Counted from the first letter of the stretch, positions 1-13,220 are shown. The stretch: 64,000 nucleotides of DNA from Paraspadella gotoi (GCA_051294375.1 CM119270.1:2909213-2973212); one strand, 5' to 3'. The notes: a model not told the origin generated them from the letters alone. Numbers and translations: made by a program.

Positions 1-329
1 TTCTTTCCTTAATGAACTAGAGGCGGAACATTTTTTATCCACTTCGTCTTTTCTCGTTTCTCGACCGCATTTCCAGTTCTCACCTTTCCATTTACCACAT
101 TTCCAATTTCCAATTTTCACATTTCCAGTTTCCACTTTTAAAATTTGTTTCCAATTTATCTTTTCCACATTTTCAGTATACACTAATTCAGTTTCCAGTT
201 TTCCAATTTCTATAATACACTTTGCACATCTATCATTATGATTATACAAATTTAAATAATATAACCTTTCTTTCTCTTTGATCCACTTCCTACCTCCACT
301 TTACGTTCATCTCTCTCTCTCTCTCTCTA

Positions 330-2142
330 CCACATTTAAAAAATCAAAATAGGCATATTCTTGAGCCAATAACATGCGTTTACCCAGTCAAAAATGGCCG
401 AGACCTGCAACGTCGAATTGCATAATAGAAAACATAAAAAAATCTAAAGAATCAATCAGCACCTGGAAAAGATAAAGTAACGCCAATGATGCTGAAAAGT
501 CTACCCCTGGTGGGCATTATACTGCTCGTTGAAATAATGAAAGAAGTGTTTACTCACAGGAGTTTTCCCAAAAAGCATGGAAGCACTCCAACCTCAGAAT
601 GCTTTCAAAGCCGGGAAAAAACCCAACAGAGGCCAAGAGCTACCGTCCTATCAGCCTAATTTCTGTTCCTGGAAAATTACTAGAGAGAGTAATTAAGGCA
701 AACCCTTGTTGAAGAGATAAAAAAACTTAATTGCCATGAGTCCACTTCAGTCTGCCATATATAAAAGGGAGGTCGGCTCAGAAAACGTTTCTTAGACTTG
801 TTGAAGACATAAATTCTGGATTTAGGAAAAGAATGTGTACAGTAGCCGTTGCTTTAGATTTTTCTGTTTGCTTTCAACTCCATGTGGGAGTGACGGTCTA
901 ATTTATAAAATGTCTAAGGCTGGATTTTCTGAAGATCTTTTAAGAATTATTCACTCTTACTTAAAAGATAGAGAAATGAATGTAATTGAAGGAGATGTCA
1001 GGTCAAAAAAGGTCATTCTACAAAAAGGAGCACCACAAGTGGAATTCTCAGCCCAAACTTGTTCACATTATATGTAGAGGACCTCCCCACAGAACACGGA
1101 GACATCACTAAGGGGGCCAAGTATGCTGACGACACTTCCATATGGGCTCAAGGTAAAAGTTTAAACGATGCAAAAATTAAGCTCCAACCAAGTACTCAAC
1201 AGAATTGTCCAATGGTGTGAAACCTGGCAGCTTTCAGTTATCCCCAGGCAAATCTGTAGCAACCATCTTCAGTAGGTGCCCAAGGCATCAAGAATGAAAA
1301 TATGCAACTCTTTCTTGGAAATGATGAAGTAGTAATAAACAAAGAATTTAAAACTGCTGGGCATGGGTTCTTGATGAGAAACTGATTTGGAAAAAATTTA
1401 TTAATTCAACTAGTTGATAAGGCTAAATCCAAAATCTTAGCCATAAATAAACTCGCAAAAACTTCAAGAGGAAACAATTTCAAATCAGTACTTCAAACCT
1501 ATAACAGTCCGTCCTTTCCATATTTGAATACTCAAGTGTGATCTGGGTCACTATGTCAGATTACCAATGGGAAAAAATTGAAAAAGTCCATCTGCGAGCT
1601 TTGAGAACATTCTAAATCTCCCTCCACACACCTCAGCCAACTTAGTATATGATGCAGCAGGCGAGAGTCAACTAAAATTCAAGAATAATATCTTAGAGCA
1701 AAAAGAAGAATAAAAGCCATTGTTAAAAAAATAACTCTCTTTTTCCCACTGTAATTCAAGAGATCGAAGAAGAAAAATCAAAATGCCATCAATCGCCGCT
1801 CACTCTATGCTACAAAGAAGATAAAGACGAGACGTCTCAATGTTATCTCAAATTCTTTGGTTTTTCTTGTAACAGACATGAAAACCGTTCTTAATCCGAA
1901 CATTGTGTGTATTGATTTATTATTTCGTTTTCATACTCTAATGAAAACTAACTATTTTCATTTTATGATAATTTTATAGCTTGTGGAGTCTGTTGTGGAA
2001 ATCTTGTTTTCCAAAATGTGTTTACAGTACCGTTACTTCTTTTACATTAACCTTTAACATTTTAACATTGAACAACGACGAAAAGGTCGTATAAGGCCGC
2101 GGACTGTGTGCCCATGACCGTATCCGTGTATTCATTCATTCA

Positions 2143-2148
<6 letters not shown>
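330..2148 (+). mobile_element. 5'-truncated non-LTR retrotransposon (LINE), reverse transcriptase region plus 3' UTR, Jockey/I-group-like, frameshifted
   Basis: Manual translation across frameshifts gives WKHSNLRMLSKPGKNPTEAKSYRPISLISVPGKLLERVI (~578-695), AVALDFS, DGLIYKM...IIHSYLKDR, KGAPQ-ILSPNLFTLYVEDLP, KYADDTSIW (catalytic YADD ~1122-1133), LGMVLDEKLIW and FEYSSVIW. It ends in a small hairpin ACGAC-GAAAAG-GTCGT (~2075-2090) and an (ATTC)5 tail running into (CT)n. The clade call is from motif resemblance only. Confidence 0.93.
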
Positions 2149-2221
<73 letters not shown>

Positions 2222-2994
2222 ACACTCTCTCTCTCTCCCTCTCTCTCTCTCTCTTTCCAATTCTTTTAATCCAGATTCGAAAAAAAAAGTGCAAAACGTT
2301 TTTTGTTTCCCTTAATTTCAAGCGATTAGTTTTTTTTCTAATGTTTTTTTTTCTAGTTAAATAGCACATTTTTTTTCTGTTTCGTTTCGCCATTTTTTTC
2401 TGCTTCACTTTTTCCCGTTTTCAATTTTTTCGTGTGATGAATTATTTTTTCTCTCCTCATCACGAGTTAATGATGTTCAAATTAGAAAATTTCGCGCAAA
2501 GAAAATCAAATAATATCTCACTCGTCTTCAGCGATTCACTCCTTATTTCTTTCTTCTCCATTTTTTTCACCACAATGCGGCAACTTTACAGCAAATAGTC
2601 TATTTTTAAACTTGCGGCAACTTCCCGCTCAAAAGTCTCGTTGGCTGAAAGTCGTTGGAGTGAAACGAATCACAGAGTCACGGGTTATGACCAACGAATA
2701 TTTTCTTGCAGCAACTGGGACAAATGAGAATCGGAGAGGAAGAGCAGATGGTTGAGCAAAGAGGATGAGCACGCAGGATGAGCACGCAGGATGGGAACGT
2801 AGAGAATCACTTCTTCTCTTTCATCATTACTTCTCTTTTCTCATTCCCACTCTCTTTTTTCTTTCATCTTTTTCTCTTTATCATTACTACAAATTTATCA
2901 TTATTTTTCTTTCCTCATCACTTCCTCTCTTTCCCTCATTACTTCTCTATCCCNNNNNNNNNNNNNNNNNNNNNNNNNTTTTATCACATTTCTT

Positions 2995-3126
<132 letters not shown>

Positions 3127-3157
3127 CTCTCGTCTCTTCTCCCCGCATTTTTTGTGG

Positions 3158-3330
3158 TCAGAATTTCACGCTTGAATTCACTTCGCACGCGAATTTCGCT
3201 TCGACGCTCGCGCGGTCATGTGTGAATTACGGTGCGCGCGGCCGTGGTAGACGGACGTGGGGCAGGGGTAGAGGTAAAGGGATACGGGGTAAAGAAGGGA
3301 TGGGCTTAGGGTCAAAAAAGGGTCAGAAGT
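3158..3330. repeat. ~175-bp direct repeat, copy 1 (copy 2 at 4809-4984)
   Basis: tcagaatttcacgcttgaattc...gggtcagaagt is almost identical at 3158-3330 and 4809-4984, differing only in homopolymer lengths. Confidence 0.95.
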
Positions 3331-3906
3331 AGACCTTGCCATATATGAAAAGTTTTGAAATCAAAAAACGAGTATTGTGTAAAAGGTGCCCATACATCAT
3401 ATGAATTTTTTGAACATTTTTTTTCAAAAAAAATTTACAGTAAATGCTGCCAACTTTGAAAAAAAATGAAAAAAAATGGTAAAAAATGGACTTTTTGCTA
3501 AATATCTTTAAAAGCTTTATTGCTAGAGGGACGAAACCCAAACTATCTGTAGAGTGGAAAAATTGACTATGTTACATACCTCGTATTATTAAATTAAGTT
3601 AGTTTTTTACTAAGGAAAATTTTTTTAAAACTATTGTTTTGGTCAATTTTTTGATAAAAATTTTTGAAAAATTATATTTTTAACAATGTTTGTGAAATAT
3701 TTTGTAAAAAAAATTATGGCGAATTGAATAAAGAAATAATTGCCTTTGTTTTGCTGAAAGAATTTTTAAAAAAGGATTATCAGTTAAAAAGTTATAATTT
3801 TTTTAAATTTTAAAAAAATCACTTTTCTTAATAATTATTTTTATTTAATAGGTTTGAACTAGGCTAAAGGGAAAAAAGGGAATGCACTTTTTTCAGAGTA
3901 AATAAA

Positions 3907-4804
3907 AAAATAGTAAATTCTGATTTGACAATAGGTAACTTTAATATTTTGTCTCACCAGGTCATTAAAGATTTTGTTTAAATTTTTATTATTTTATAAT
4001 GGAATTATGACTTTTTAAATAAGGTAGTTTTTTAATTTTTTTCTATATAAAAGAAAAAGAAAAAATTGACAAAAGCGATTAAAATATTAAAAATTGATAA
4101 AATGAGACAAAAAGAGTAAATTAATGAAAGTTAAATAACTGAGAAAAGAGTTGCTTGCTGCTTGCCAGTCGAGAAAAAAAAAGGTATAGTGCCAAAGAAA
4201 GAAAACTAGTTATTCTATTTTTTTGTTATCTATTCATGATTTATAGTTAATAATTAAGTCTATTGTAAATAGTCGATTTAGTTTTGAAATATTATTTTTA
4301 ATTCATCTTTGATTTTTATTCATTTCATATCTTTTATAGTTGATGAATTTATCAACAAGTTGGATCTATTCTTAAATTTATCAAGCAAGCTTAATATATT
4401 TTTCCAAATCTTTTACAACTTTTGATTAAGCAATATATTTAACACAAATTATAATTCAACTTCAGTTCTGGAGAACTAGCTTGACAAAGGTAATTTATGA
4501 AAAAAATAGAATAACTAGTTTTCTTTCTTTGGCACTCTAGATGATGACTTTTTTTTTTCTCGATCGTAAACAGCAAGCAACTCTTCTCTCAGATGCTTTT
4601 TTTGTCTCATTTTATCAATTTTTAATCATTTAATCGCTTTTGTTAATTTTTCTTTTTCTTTTATATAGAAAAAAAATTTTAAAAACCTACCTTATTTAAA
4701 ACCCATAATTCCATTATAAAATGATAAAAAGTTAAAAAAACTTTAATGACCTAGTGAGACAAAATATTAAAGTTACCCATTGTCAAATAAGAATTTACTA
4801 TTTT
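3907..4804. mobile_element. Foldback/MITE-like element with ~310-bp imperfect inverted arms
   Basis: 3907-4224 (aaaatagtaaattctgatttgacaatagg...gtgccaaagaaagaaaactagttattctatttt) is the reverse complement of 4500-4804 (aaaatagaataactagttttctttctttggcac...cattgtcaaataagaatttactatttt). Spacer ~275 bp; substitutions between the arms; no ORF. Confidence 0.75.
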
Positions 4805-4808
4805 CTTT

Positions 4809-4984
4809 TCAGAATTTCACGCTTGAATTCACTTCGCACGCGAATTTCGCTTCGACGCTCGCGCGGTCATGTGTGAATTACGGTGCGCGCGGCCGTGGTA
4901 GACGGACGTGGGGCAGGGGGTAAGAGGTAAAGGGATACGGGGTAAAGAAGGGATGGGCTTAGGGTCAAAAAAGGGGTCAGAAGT
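4809..4984. repeat. ~175-bp direct repeat, copy 2
   Basis: Matches 3158-3330. Confidence 0.95.
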
Positions 4985-7074
4985 GCTTGTTAGGAGTTAT
5001 AAAATTCAAAAGCAAGCTAAAACTTTGGCACAACAATGACAAGACGAACAAGCTCTTCGCTCTTATTTTAGAGGCTATCGGATTGCCCAGTGATTGATTG
5101 ATTGGTTTGATCACCGATCACGGCGGCGCTGAGGCGGCGGCACTGAGGCGGCGGCGGCGGCGGCGGCGACGGCTGCGATTCCTCAATTTCATGTACGTAG
5201 AGATAATTCATTTCCTTCTCGTTTTTCTTCTGTCCCCGAGATAAAAAAAAAAATACGCCCTCTATCGAAACGAATTCGAAATCTTTGGTTTTGTTTTCGG
5301 CGAAAAAAAAAAGGAAAAGGGAAGACGAGACTGAGAGGCGAAATACAGGACCCGTACAATTCGGATTTTCTTTTTCTGTCTTTTCTTTTCTTTTCTTTNN
5401 NNNNNNNNNNNNNNNNNNNNNNNNNNNNNNNNNNNNNNNNNNNNNNNNNNNNNNNNNNNNNNNNNNNNNNNNNNNNNNNNNNNNNNNNNNNNNNNNNNNN
5501 NNNNNNNNNNNNNNNNNNNNNNNNNNNNNNNNNNNNNNNNNNNNNNNNNNNNNNNNNNNNNNNNNNNNNNNNNNNNNNNNNNNNNNNNNNNNNNNNNNNN
5601 NNNNNNNNNNNNNNNNNNNNNNNNNNNNNNNNNNNNNNNNNNNNNNNNNNNNNNNNNNNNNNNNNNNNNNNNNNNNNNNNNNNNNNNNNNNNNNNNNNNN
5701 NNNNNNNNNNNNNNNNNNNNNNNNNNNNNNNNNNNNNNNNNNNNNNNNNNNNNNNNNNNNNNNNNNNNNNNNNNNNNNNNNNNNNNNNNNNNNNNNNNNN
5801 NNNNNNNNNNNNNNNNNNNNNNNNNNNNNNNNNNNNNNNNNNNNNNNNNNNNNNNNNNNNNNNNNNNNNNNNNNNNNNNNNNNNNNNNNNNNNNNNNNNN
5901 NNNNNNNNNNNNNNNNNNNNNNNNNNNNNNNNNNNNNNNNNNNNNNNNNNNNNNNNNNNNNNNNNNNNNNNNNNNNNNNNNNNNNNNNNNNNNNNNNNNN
6001 NNNNNNNNNNNNNNNNNNNNNNNNNNNNNNNNNNNNNNNNNNNNNNNNNNNNNNNNNNNNNNNNNNNNNNNNNNNNNNNNNNNNNNNNNNNNNNNNNNNN
6101 NNNNNNNNNNNNNNNNNNNNNNNNNNNNNNNNNNNNNNNNNNNNNNNNNNNNNNNNNNNNNNNNNNNNNNNNNNNNNNNNNNNTTTTTCTTTTCTTTCTT
6201 TTCTTTTCTGTTCTTTTCTTTTCTTTTCTGTTCTTTCTTTCTTTTCTCTTCTTTTCTTTTCGGATGTCTAAGAGAATATGGAAATTATTTAATACTATTC
6301 AAAAAAGTCGAAATTATACTGAGTTATCCTTGTCTTTTACTTCTTCGGTAAAAATATCTTTGAGGCAACGAAACCTTTTTCACTCTCAAGTTTTACTTCC
6401 CATTTTAGCCATTTTTGTGTTGCAAACGCTTTTTTAAGTATTAAATTAATGGTCTTGATTATGATAATATTACAGAGAAAACAAAGTCTACAGTTACAAA
6501 CAACGATTTGTATTAACATTAATTACACCATGGATAACAATACAAAAAAATTGCTTTTTCCCAAACGTCCATTTTTTCTTCGTGTAACTTTTATATGCTA
6601 AGAGTTCATTTACTCGTTTGACTTCAGTAAATTAAAATAAGAATTTAAAAAAAAAAAANNNNNNNNNNNNNNNNNNNNNNNNNNNNNNNNNNNNNNNNNN
6701 NNNNNNNNNNNNNNNNNNNNNNNNNNNNNNNNNNNNNNNNNNNNNNNNNNNNNNNNNNNNNNNNNNNNNNNNNNNNNNNNNNNNNNNNNNNNNNNNNNNN
6801 NNNNNNNNNNNNNNNNNNNNNNNNNNNNNNNNNNNNNNNNNNNNNNNNNNNNNNNNNNNNNNNNNNNNNNNNNNNNNNNNNNNNNNNNNNNNNNNNNNNN
6901 NNNNNNGGAGGAGGAGGAGGAAGAGGAGGGGGAAACGTTTAAAGGTAATGTGCGGAGGGGACGAAAGAGATAATGGAGACTAAAAATAATGGAAATGTTC
7001 ATTGAACGACGTAAAAAGAAGGAAAAGAGAAAAGGGAAGGAAGTTTAGAAATCAGTGAAGACTTTGGATACGAA

Positions 7075-8545
7075 ATTGGATATAATTGGATGAGATGATT
7101 AATTAATTTTACACGTTAATCAATTATCGAGAATGTTGTTAATGAGACAATCAATCGATCGATACATCGAAGAATATTTTCATTTTCATTTCGCTCCACA
7201 TTTGAAATCGGCAATCCATTGTCGATCAATTATTCCTTTGCTGTGGAAATGGAATAGCAATCAATCAATGATTTAAAGTGAAAAAAAAAGATTAACCAGG
7301 TCCAATTACCTCCGTCCACTCTTTCAATTGCAATCATTTAAAATGTAATCAATCAATCAACCAATCAATTCCCTTTTTTTTCCTTTCGCCTTCTTCCAAT
7401 CACTCTCTCTCACTTTTTCCTAACTAAAAAAAAAACTGAGAAAAAGAAGCGAAAGAGGATTTCACTTTTACGTCGGCCATATTCTTTATTCCCAGGGAGT
7501 CGGTCCCGAGGGGTGACCGCCTCCCTTTATTCTCTTTGGGAGTCTCTCCCCTTACGACCTTCCTTCTCCTCTCTTCCNNNNNNNNNNNNNNNNNNNNNNN
7601 NNAAATAATTTAGTCATGGCTCTTTGTGCTTGGAAAATGACATATCTATTGATATATTCTGAAAGACAGTCACTAGCTGATTTCGCAACGACAGTTCTCA
7701 CTGTTCAGTAAAAAAAAATAATTTTTTAATACTAAAAATAAAATAAAAAAAAATAAAACTAACAAAGCGGGAGAGAAGTGAAAATAAATGCTGTTGTAAA
7801 GAAAAAAGGATAGAAAATTTTTTTTTTGTAGTAAAAAATGGCCAGCTGGTTGTAAGAGGGGAATAAACGAGCGTGGTGAGCTTTCTACTGATCTAGAAAT
7901 CTAGTCAGTTTTTTGAAGTTTTGAATAAGACTCTTTAGTCGACAAATTGGATTAGAATATAAAGAATTCCATCTTTTAATTGATTAGACACAATCATTGT
8001 TATATTATGTTTTTACGTACGTTTTTAATCAATTTGTATTGCGAGATGTTAGTTATGAGGACAATCTCACATTCCGATCGATACTTCGAAGAATTATTTC
8101 ATTTTCATTTCGATCCACTATTTGAAAATCGGCATATAATCATCTGTTTTCGATCAATTATTTTCTTTGCTGTGGTATTTTATTGGGAAAATGGAATAGA
8201 TATCAATCAATGATTTAACGTGAAAAAAAAAAAAGATTTAACCAGGACTCGTATTATCCAGTACCTCCGTCATCTCTTTCAATTGCAATCATTTAAAATG
8301 TTTAATCAATCAATTCAACCAATCAAATCCCTTTTTTTTTTTTTCCCTTTTGCCTATCTATCCATCCACTCTCTCTCCTTTTCACCTAACTAAAAAAAAC
8401 TGAGAAAAAAGAAGCGACTAAGAGGATTTTCACTTTTACTCTCGTCGCCATTATTCTTTATTCCCAGGGGTCGTTTGGTCCCGAGGCGTGTGACCGCCCT
8501 CCTTAATTCTCTTTGGGAGTCTTCCCCTTACGACTTCCTTTCTCC
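7075..8545. repeat. ~500-bp tandem duplication across an N-gap (7075-7577 vs ~7945-8545), second copy insertion-rich; probable assembly artefact
   Basis: Same sequence order in both (gatcgatac..gaagaat, caattgcaatcatttaaaatg, attctttattcccaggg); the second copy carries scattered 1-2 nt insertions. Confidence 0.8.
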
Positions 8546-9130
8546 TTCTTCCTCCCTTTCTTCTCCTTTCTTCCTCTCTGTTCTCTCTTTACTCTCTTTA
8601 TTCTCCTCTCTTTTACTCTTTCTTCTTCTCTACATCCTACCTTTCTTCTCTCCCTTTCTCCCTTTTTCTCCTCTCTTTCCTCCTTTCTTCTCCTTTTTTC
8701 CCTTCCTCTTGTTCCTCTTTACCTCTCTTTATTCTCCTCTCATTTATCCCTTTCTTCTTCTCTCATCTACCTTTCTTCTCTCCCTTTCTCCCTCTTTTTC
8801 TTTCTCTCTTCTCCTTTCTTCTCCTTTCCTATCCTCCTCTTGTTCTCCTCTTTACCTCTCTTATCTCCTCCCTTTCTCCCTTTCTTCTTCTCTCATCCTA
8901 CCTTTCTTCTCCTCCCTTTCTCCCTTTCTTCTCCTCTCTTCCTCCCTTTCTTCTCCTTTCTTCCTCCCTCTTGTTCTCCTTCCTCTCGTTCCTCCCTCCC
9001 GCGAGATTTTCTGAGATTCTCCTGAAACGAGCGAAATCGTTGGAGAGAAAACGAGGTGGCTTCGACTACGAGGTTGAGAAAAGGGTAACGGGCAGCATTC
9101 CGATCTTGAAGCGTTTATCACACTCGTAAC

Positions 9131-9460
9131 GGCGCTATATTCCGTGGGCGCTCCATTGCTGTTCTTAATCTGTGTCTTAATTTAAATTCAAATTTTTATG
9201 CGTAATCTCCTACAAAATAATTATCTCAATTCTGAAACCAAATCCTTTAATCTTTTAATCCAATACTTTTAATTCTAACTTAATCTCTAACTTGAATTGC
9301 TAAACTTCAACCATAATCCTTAACATTATCCCCTAATTCTAAACCTTATTCTCTATCCTAACCTCTAACCTAAATTTCACCCCAATCCCTAACCTAATTT
9401 TTAAATTTGAAAATATTTCTTAATTTAAGCTGAAATTGAGCGCTTACGGAAAATACGGCC
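9131..9460. mobile_element. Small TIR element (MITE-like) with degenerate CCCTAA-like interior, family member 1
   Basis: Left end ggcgctatattccgtgggcgctc vs reverse complement of the right end ggccgtattttccgtaagcgctc; interior has cctaacctctaacctaa-type repeats. Confidence 0.65.
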
Positions 9461-9999
9461 CAGAATATAACACACTTGGGCCAGGCAAAGTACACCATCG
9501 ACTGAATTCCCTCATTCCCTGAAGTTTCAAGAGTAGTGCGTTGATATAACTTTGGGATATTTGGGATTAGCGACATATTTTGAAGGGCCTCGTCTAGGAT
9601 AGTTTTAATGGCGGCAGTTTTTGAAAGCTGTGTTAGATTTAGAAGTCACTCGTAGATAATAGTTTCACTAGCGGCAGATTTTAAGGTTGAAAAGAAATGT
9701 TCCAAGTGGCAACAGATTTCATGTGAGTCGAGTCTTTCCAACATTTTTTTTCCCCTGATTACCTAATTTTGGTTCCTGAAAAGAAGCAACGACGCGACAC
9801 AAATCTGCTGATGTCAGCATCAGTGGTTTTGTCAGATTGTTGTTTCCATTTGCTATTCTAGTCTACGCGAGTTCGTTATTACTTGACATGTAACATTTAA
9901 TTTCTATCTCTATATGTAACCTTGGTCTTTTTTCAAATTTCAATTTTTTTGAAAATTATATTCAATTTTTTTTTTCAATTCGTTTTATCTTGCACTTTT

Positions 10000-10220
10000 T
10001 CTCTCCGCTTAATCCCTGCTTCTCTCCCTGCTTTATCCCTGCTTTTCTCCCCGCTTTCTCCATACTTCTCTCCCCGCTTTATTCCTACTTTTTCCCCGCT
10101 TTTTTCCTACCTTCACCACCGCTTTATCCCTGTTTTTCTCCCCGCTTTCTCCATACTTCTTTCCCGGGTCTATCCCTACTTTCTCCACCGCTTTATTCAT
10201 GCTTTTTCTCCCCGCTTTTG
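10000..10220. repeat. Degenerate ~21-bp minisatellite (ctccccgctttatccctgctt-like), about 10 units
   Basis: The core ccgcttt recurs about every 21 bp. Confidence 0.8.
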
Positions 10221-10477
10221 TCCCAGCTCCCCTCCTCCATCTCAACCCCCGCACGACCCGATTTTCCAATTTCGACTCGAATCTTGGAAAAAAAAACTTT
10301 TTCTTTTGTCCGAAAGAAAAAAAAAGTTTTTTCTCGTTTGAAGGTGAAACTGGAATCAAATAAAAAATCACAATAAAGAAACGATTCACGGATTTGGAGA
10401 AAATCAGGAACCGATTTCAGGGTCGCAAATAAGAGACGAGGGGGTGGGGGGGACTCTGTCTCTCTGTCTCTCTCTCC

Positions 10478-10509
<32 letters not shown>

Positions 10510-10530
10510 TCCTCCCCTTCTCCCTCCCAG

Positions 10531-11404
10531 TGGGGCGCCTTTTCAAGGTTTTTCTTTATTACCGAGCGGCGAGAGAAGAAGGCCCTGGTTGAAAGGGAAG
10601 GGCGACTCTCTNNNNNNNNNNNNNNNNNNNNNNNNNNNNNNNNNNNNNNNNNNNNNNNNNNNNNNNNNNNNNNNNNNNNNNNNNNNNNNNNNNNNNNNNN
10701 NNNNNNNNNNNNNNNNNNNNNNNNNNNNNNNNNNNNNNNNNNNNNNNNNNNNNNNNNNNNNNNNNNNNNNNNNNNNNNNNNNNNNNNNNNNNNNNNNNNN
10801 NNNNNNNNNNNNNNNNNNNNNNNNNNNNNNNNNNNNNNNNNNNNNNNNNNNNNNNNNNNNNNNNNNNNNNNNNNNNNNNNNNNNNNNNNNNNNNNNNNNN
10901 NNNNNNNNNNNNATAGAATTGCAGTAGTTACGTGGAATAGTAAGAGTGAAATAGAAAGATATGGATGGCGGGAAACTTCAAAATATGTCTGGATTTAGCG
11001 CGAAAAATTAGCGAAAACCGTTGGTAGAGGAAGCCTCAACGAGCTTGGCAAATGGGCATCTTGGAAGCTTTGCTGCTTGTCAGGTTGGCAGCTTCGCAGC
11101 TTGGCAGATTGGCAGTGGATTAAGGTTTGAAATTAGTGGATATAGGAGTTAGTTTATGTTGGATCGGGACATGTGTAAAGAAATAAGTACAAAGATGACA
11201 ATAGAAAAAATATTAAAAAAACTATCACCAGTGTTACTACTATTATTCTATTTCATTGCCATCCCCAATGACAAACAATTGAATTTCCGTTTCCTTCAAA
11301 TTAAAGTCGAAGCTTCTTCCGCGAAATCTCAACGGGCGGTCGCCGAGGGCTGCACCCTGGCGGGAGAATTTTATTGGTTGTACGAGAAGACGAATTGGCA
11401 GATG
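10531..11404 (+). CDS. Two phase-compatible internal exons of an unidentified gene (10531-10587, 11307-11404)
   Basis: Polypyrimidine-cag acceptor, then xGRLFKVFLYYRAAREEGP, G|gttgaa (phase 1). Next, ttaaag acceptor, then (V)EASSAKSQRAVAEGCTLAGEFYWLYEKTNWQM|gt. Further exons possible at ~9006-9055 (FSEILLKRAKSLERKR) and ~12817-12884; N-gaps hide the rest. Confidence 0.4.
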
Positions 11405-12729
11405 GTNNNNNNNNNNTCCCTGCTTTCCCTTCCTTCCTCCCTTCCTCCTTTCCTCCCTTTTTCCCTGCTTTCCCTTNNNNNNNNNNNNNNNNNNNNNNNN
11501 NNNNNNNNNNNNNNNNNNNNNNNNNNNNNNNNNNNNNNNNNNNNNNNNNNNNNNNNNNNNNNNNNNNNNNNNNNNNNNNNNNNNNNNNNNNNNNNNNNNN
11601 NNNNNNNNNNNNNNNNNNNNNNNNNNNNNNNNNNNNNNNNNNNNNNNNNNNNNNNNNNNNNNNNNNTCCCTTCCTTCCTCCCTTTCTCCTTTTTCCTCCC
11701 TTTTTAATCTCGACTTATCGCGAACGTGTTTGCCTCCCAAGGTGAGCGGGTGGACGAAAAGGGAAGCGTNNNNNNNNNNNNNNNNNNNNNNNNNNNNNNN
11801 NNNNNNNNNNNNNNNNNNNNNNNNNNNNNNNNNNNNNNNNNNNNNNNNNNNNNNNNNNNNNNNNNNNNNNNNNNNNNNNNNNNNNNNNNNNNNNNNNNNN
11901 NNNNNNNNNNNNNNNNNNNNNNNNNNNNNNNNNNNNNNNNNNNNNNNNNNNNNNNNNNNNNNNNNNNNNNNNNNNNNNNNNNNNNNNNNNNNNNNNNNNN
12001 NNNNNNNNNNNNNNNNNNNNNNNNNNNNNNNNNNNNNNNNNNNNNNNNNNNNNNNNNNNNNNNNNNNNNNNNNNNNNNNNNNNNNNNNNNNNNNNNNNNN
12101 NNNNNNNNNNNNNNNNNNNNNNNNNNNNNNNNNNNNNNNNNNNNNNNNNNNNNNNNNNNNNNNNNNNNNNNNNNNNNNNNNNNNNNNNNNNNNNNNNNNN
12201 NNNNNNNNNNNNNNNNNNNNNNNNNNNNNNNNNNNNNNNNNNNNNNNNNNNNNNNNNNNNNNNNNNNNNNNNNNNNNNNNNNNNNNNNNNNNNNNNNNNN
12301 NNNNNNNNNNNNNNNNNNNNNNNNNNNNNNNNNNNNNNNNNNNNNNNNNNNNNNNNNNNNNNNNNNNNNNNNNNNNNNNNNNNNNNNNNNNNNNNNNNNN
12401 NNNNNNNNNNNNNNNNNNNNNNNNNNNNNNNNNNNNNNNNNNNNNNNNNNNNNNNNNNNNNNNNNNNNNNNNNNNNNNNNNNNNNNNNNNNNNNNNNNNN
12501 NNNNNNNNNNNNNNNNNNNNNNNNNNNNNNNNNNNNNNNNNNNNNNNNNNNNNNNNNNNNNNNNNNNNNNNNNNNNNNNNNNNNNNNNNNNNNNNNNNNN
12601 NNNNNNNNNNNNNNNNNNNNNNNNNNNNNNNNNNNNNNNNNNNNNNNNNNNNNNNNNNNNNNNNNNNNNNNNNNNNNNNNNNNNNNNNNNNNNNNNNNNN
12701 NNNNNNNNNNNNNNNNNNNNNNNNNNNNN

Positions 12730-12917
12730 TAAAGACGATGTCGCTAATGACAATGATGATGACGATGACGACGACGACAACGACGATGACGATGATAATT
12801 ATCCCCACTGATTCAGATTGGAACCGACTCCGTCTCACGAGAGACGTCACAGATTCCAACGTCACAATTTCCGGTGCCATCTGATCCTCGCGGCGAAGAT
12901 CGTCTTCATTGTCGTCG

Positions 12918-12959
<42 letters not shown>

Positions 12960-13173
12960 TTTATTGTCGTCGTCGACTGGTCGTCAATCAATCAGCTGTC
13001 AGTTGTCGTCGTCGTTCGTCGTCGTCCTCGTTGTCGTCGTCGTCGTTGTGGTCATCTTCTTGGTCGTTGTCGTTGTCGTCGTCGTAGTCAATGTATTTCT
13101 TTCTCTTTTGCGACATTGACTAAGGCTGAGTAGAGATTGAGGAAAAGCGTTACTCTCTTCCTCCTCCTCCTCT

Positions 13174-13210
<37 letters not shown>

Positions 13211-13220
13211 TCTCCTCCTC
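12730..13220. repeat. (GAC)n/(GTC)n and (CCT)n trinucleotide microsatellite cluster
   Basis: Directly visible repeats; source of the poly-D/T/S/V/R pseudo-ORFs. Confidence 0.9.

Noticed and set aside
2060-2130. Hammerhead ribozyme at the retroelement end
   Set aside because: A GAAA and a short hairpin are present, but there is no CUGANGA core in a compatible arrangement.
7075-8545. Recent tandem duplication
   Set aside because: It straddles an N-gap and the second copy shows raw-read-type insertions, so it is likely a gap-filling artefact.
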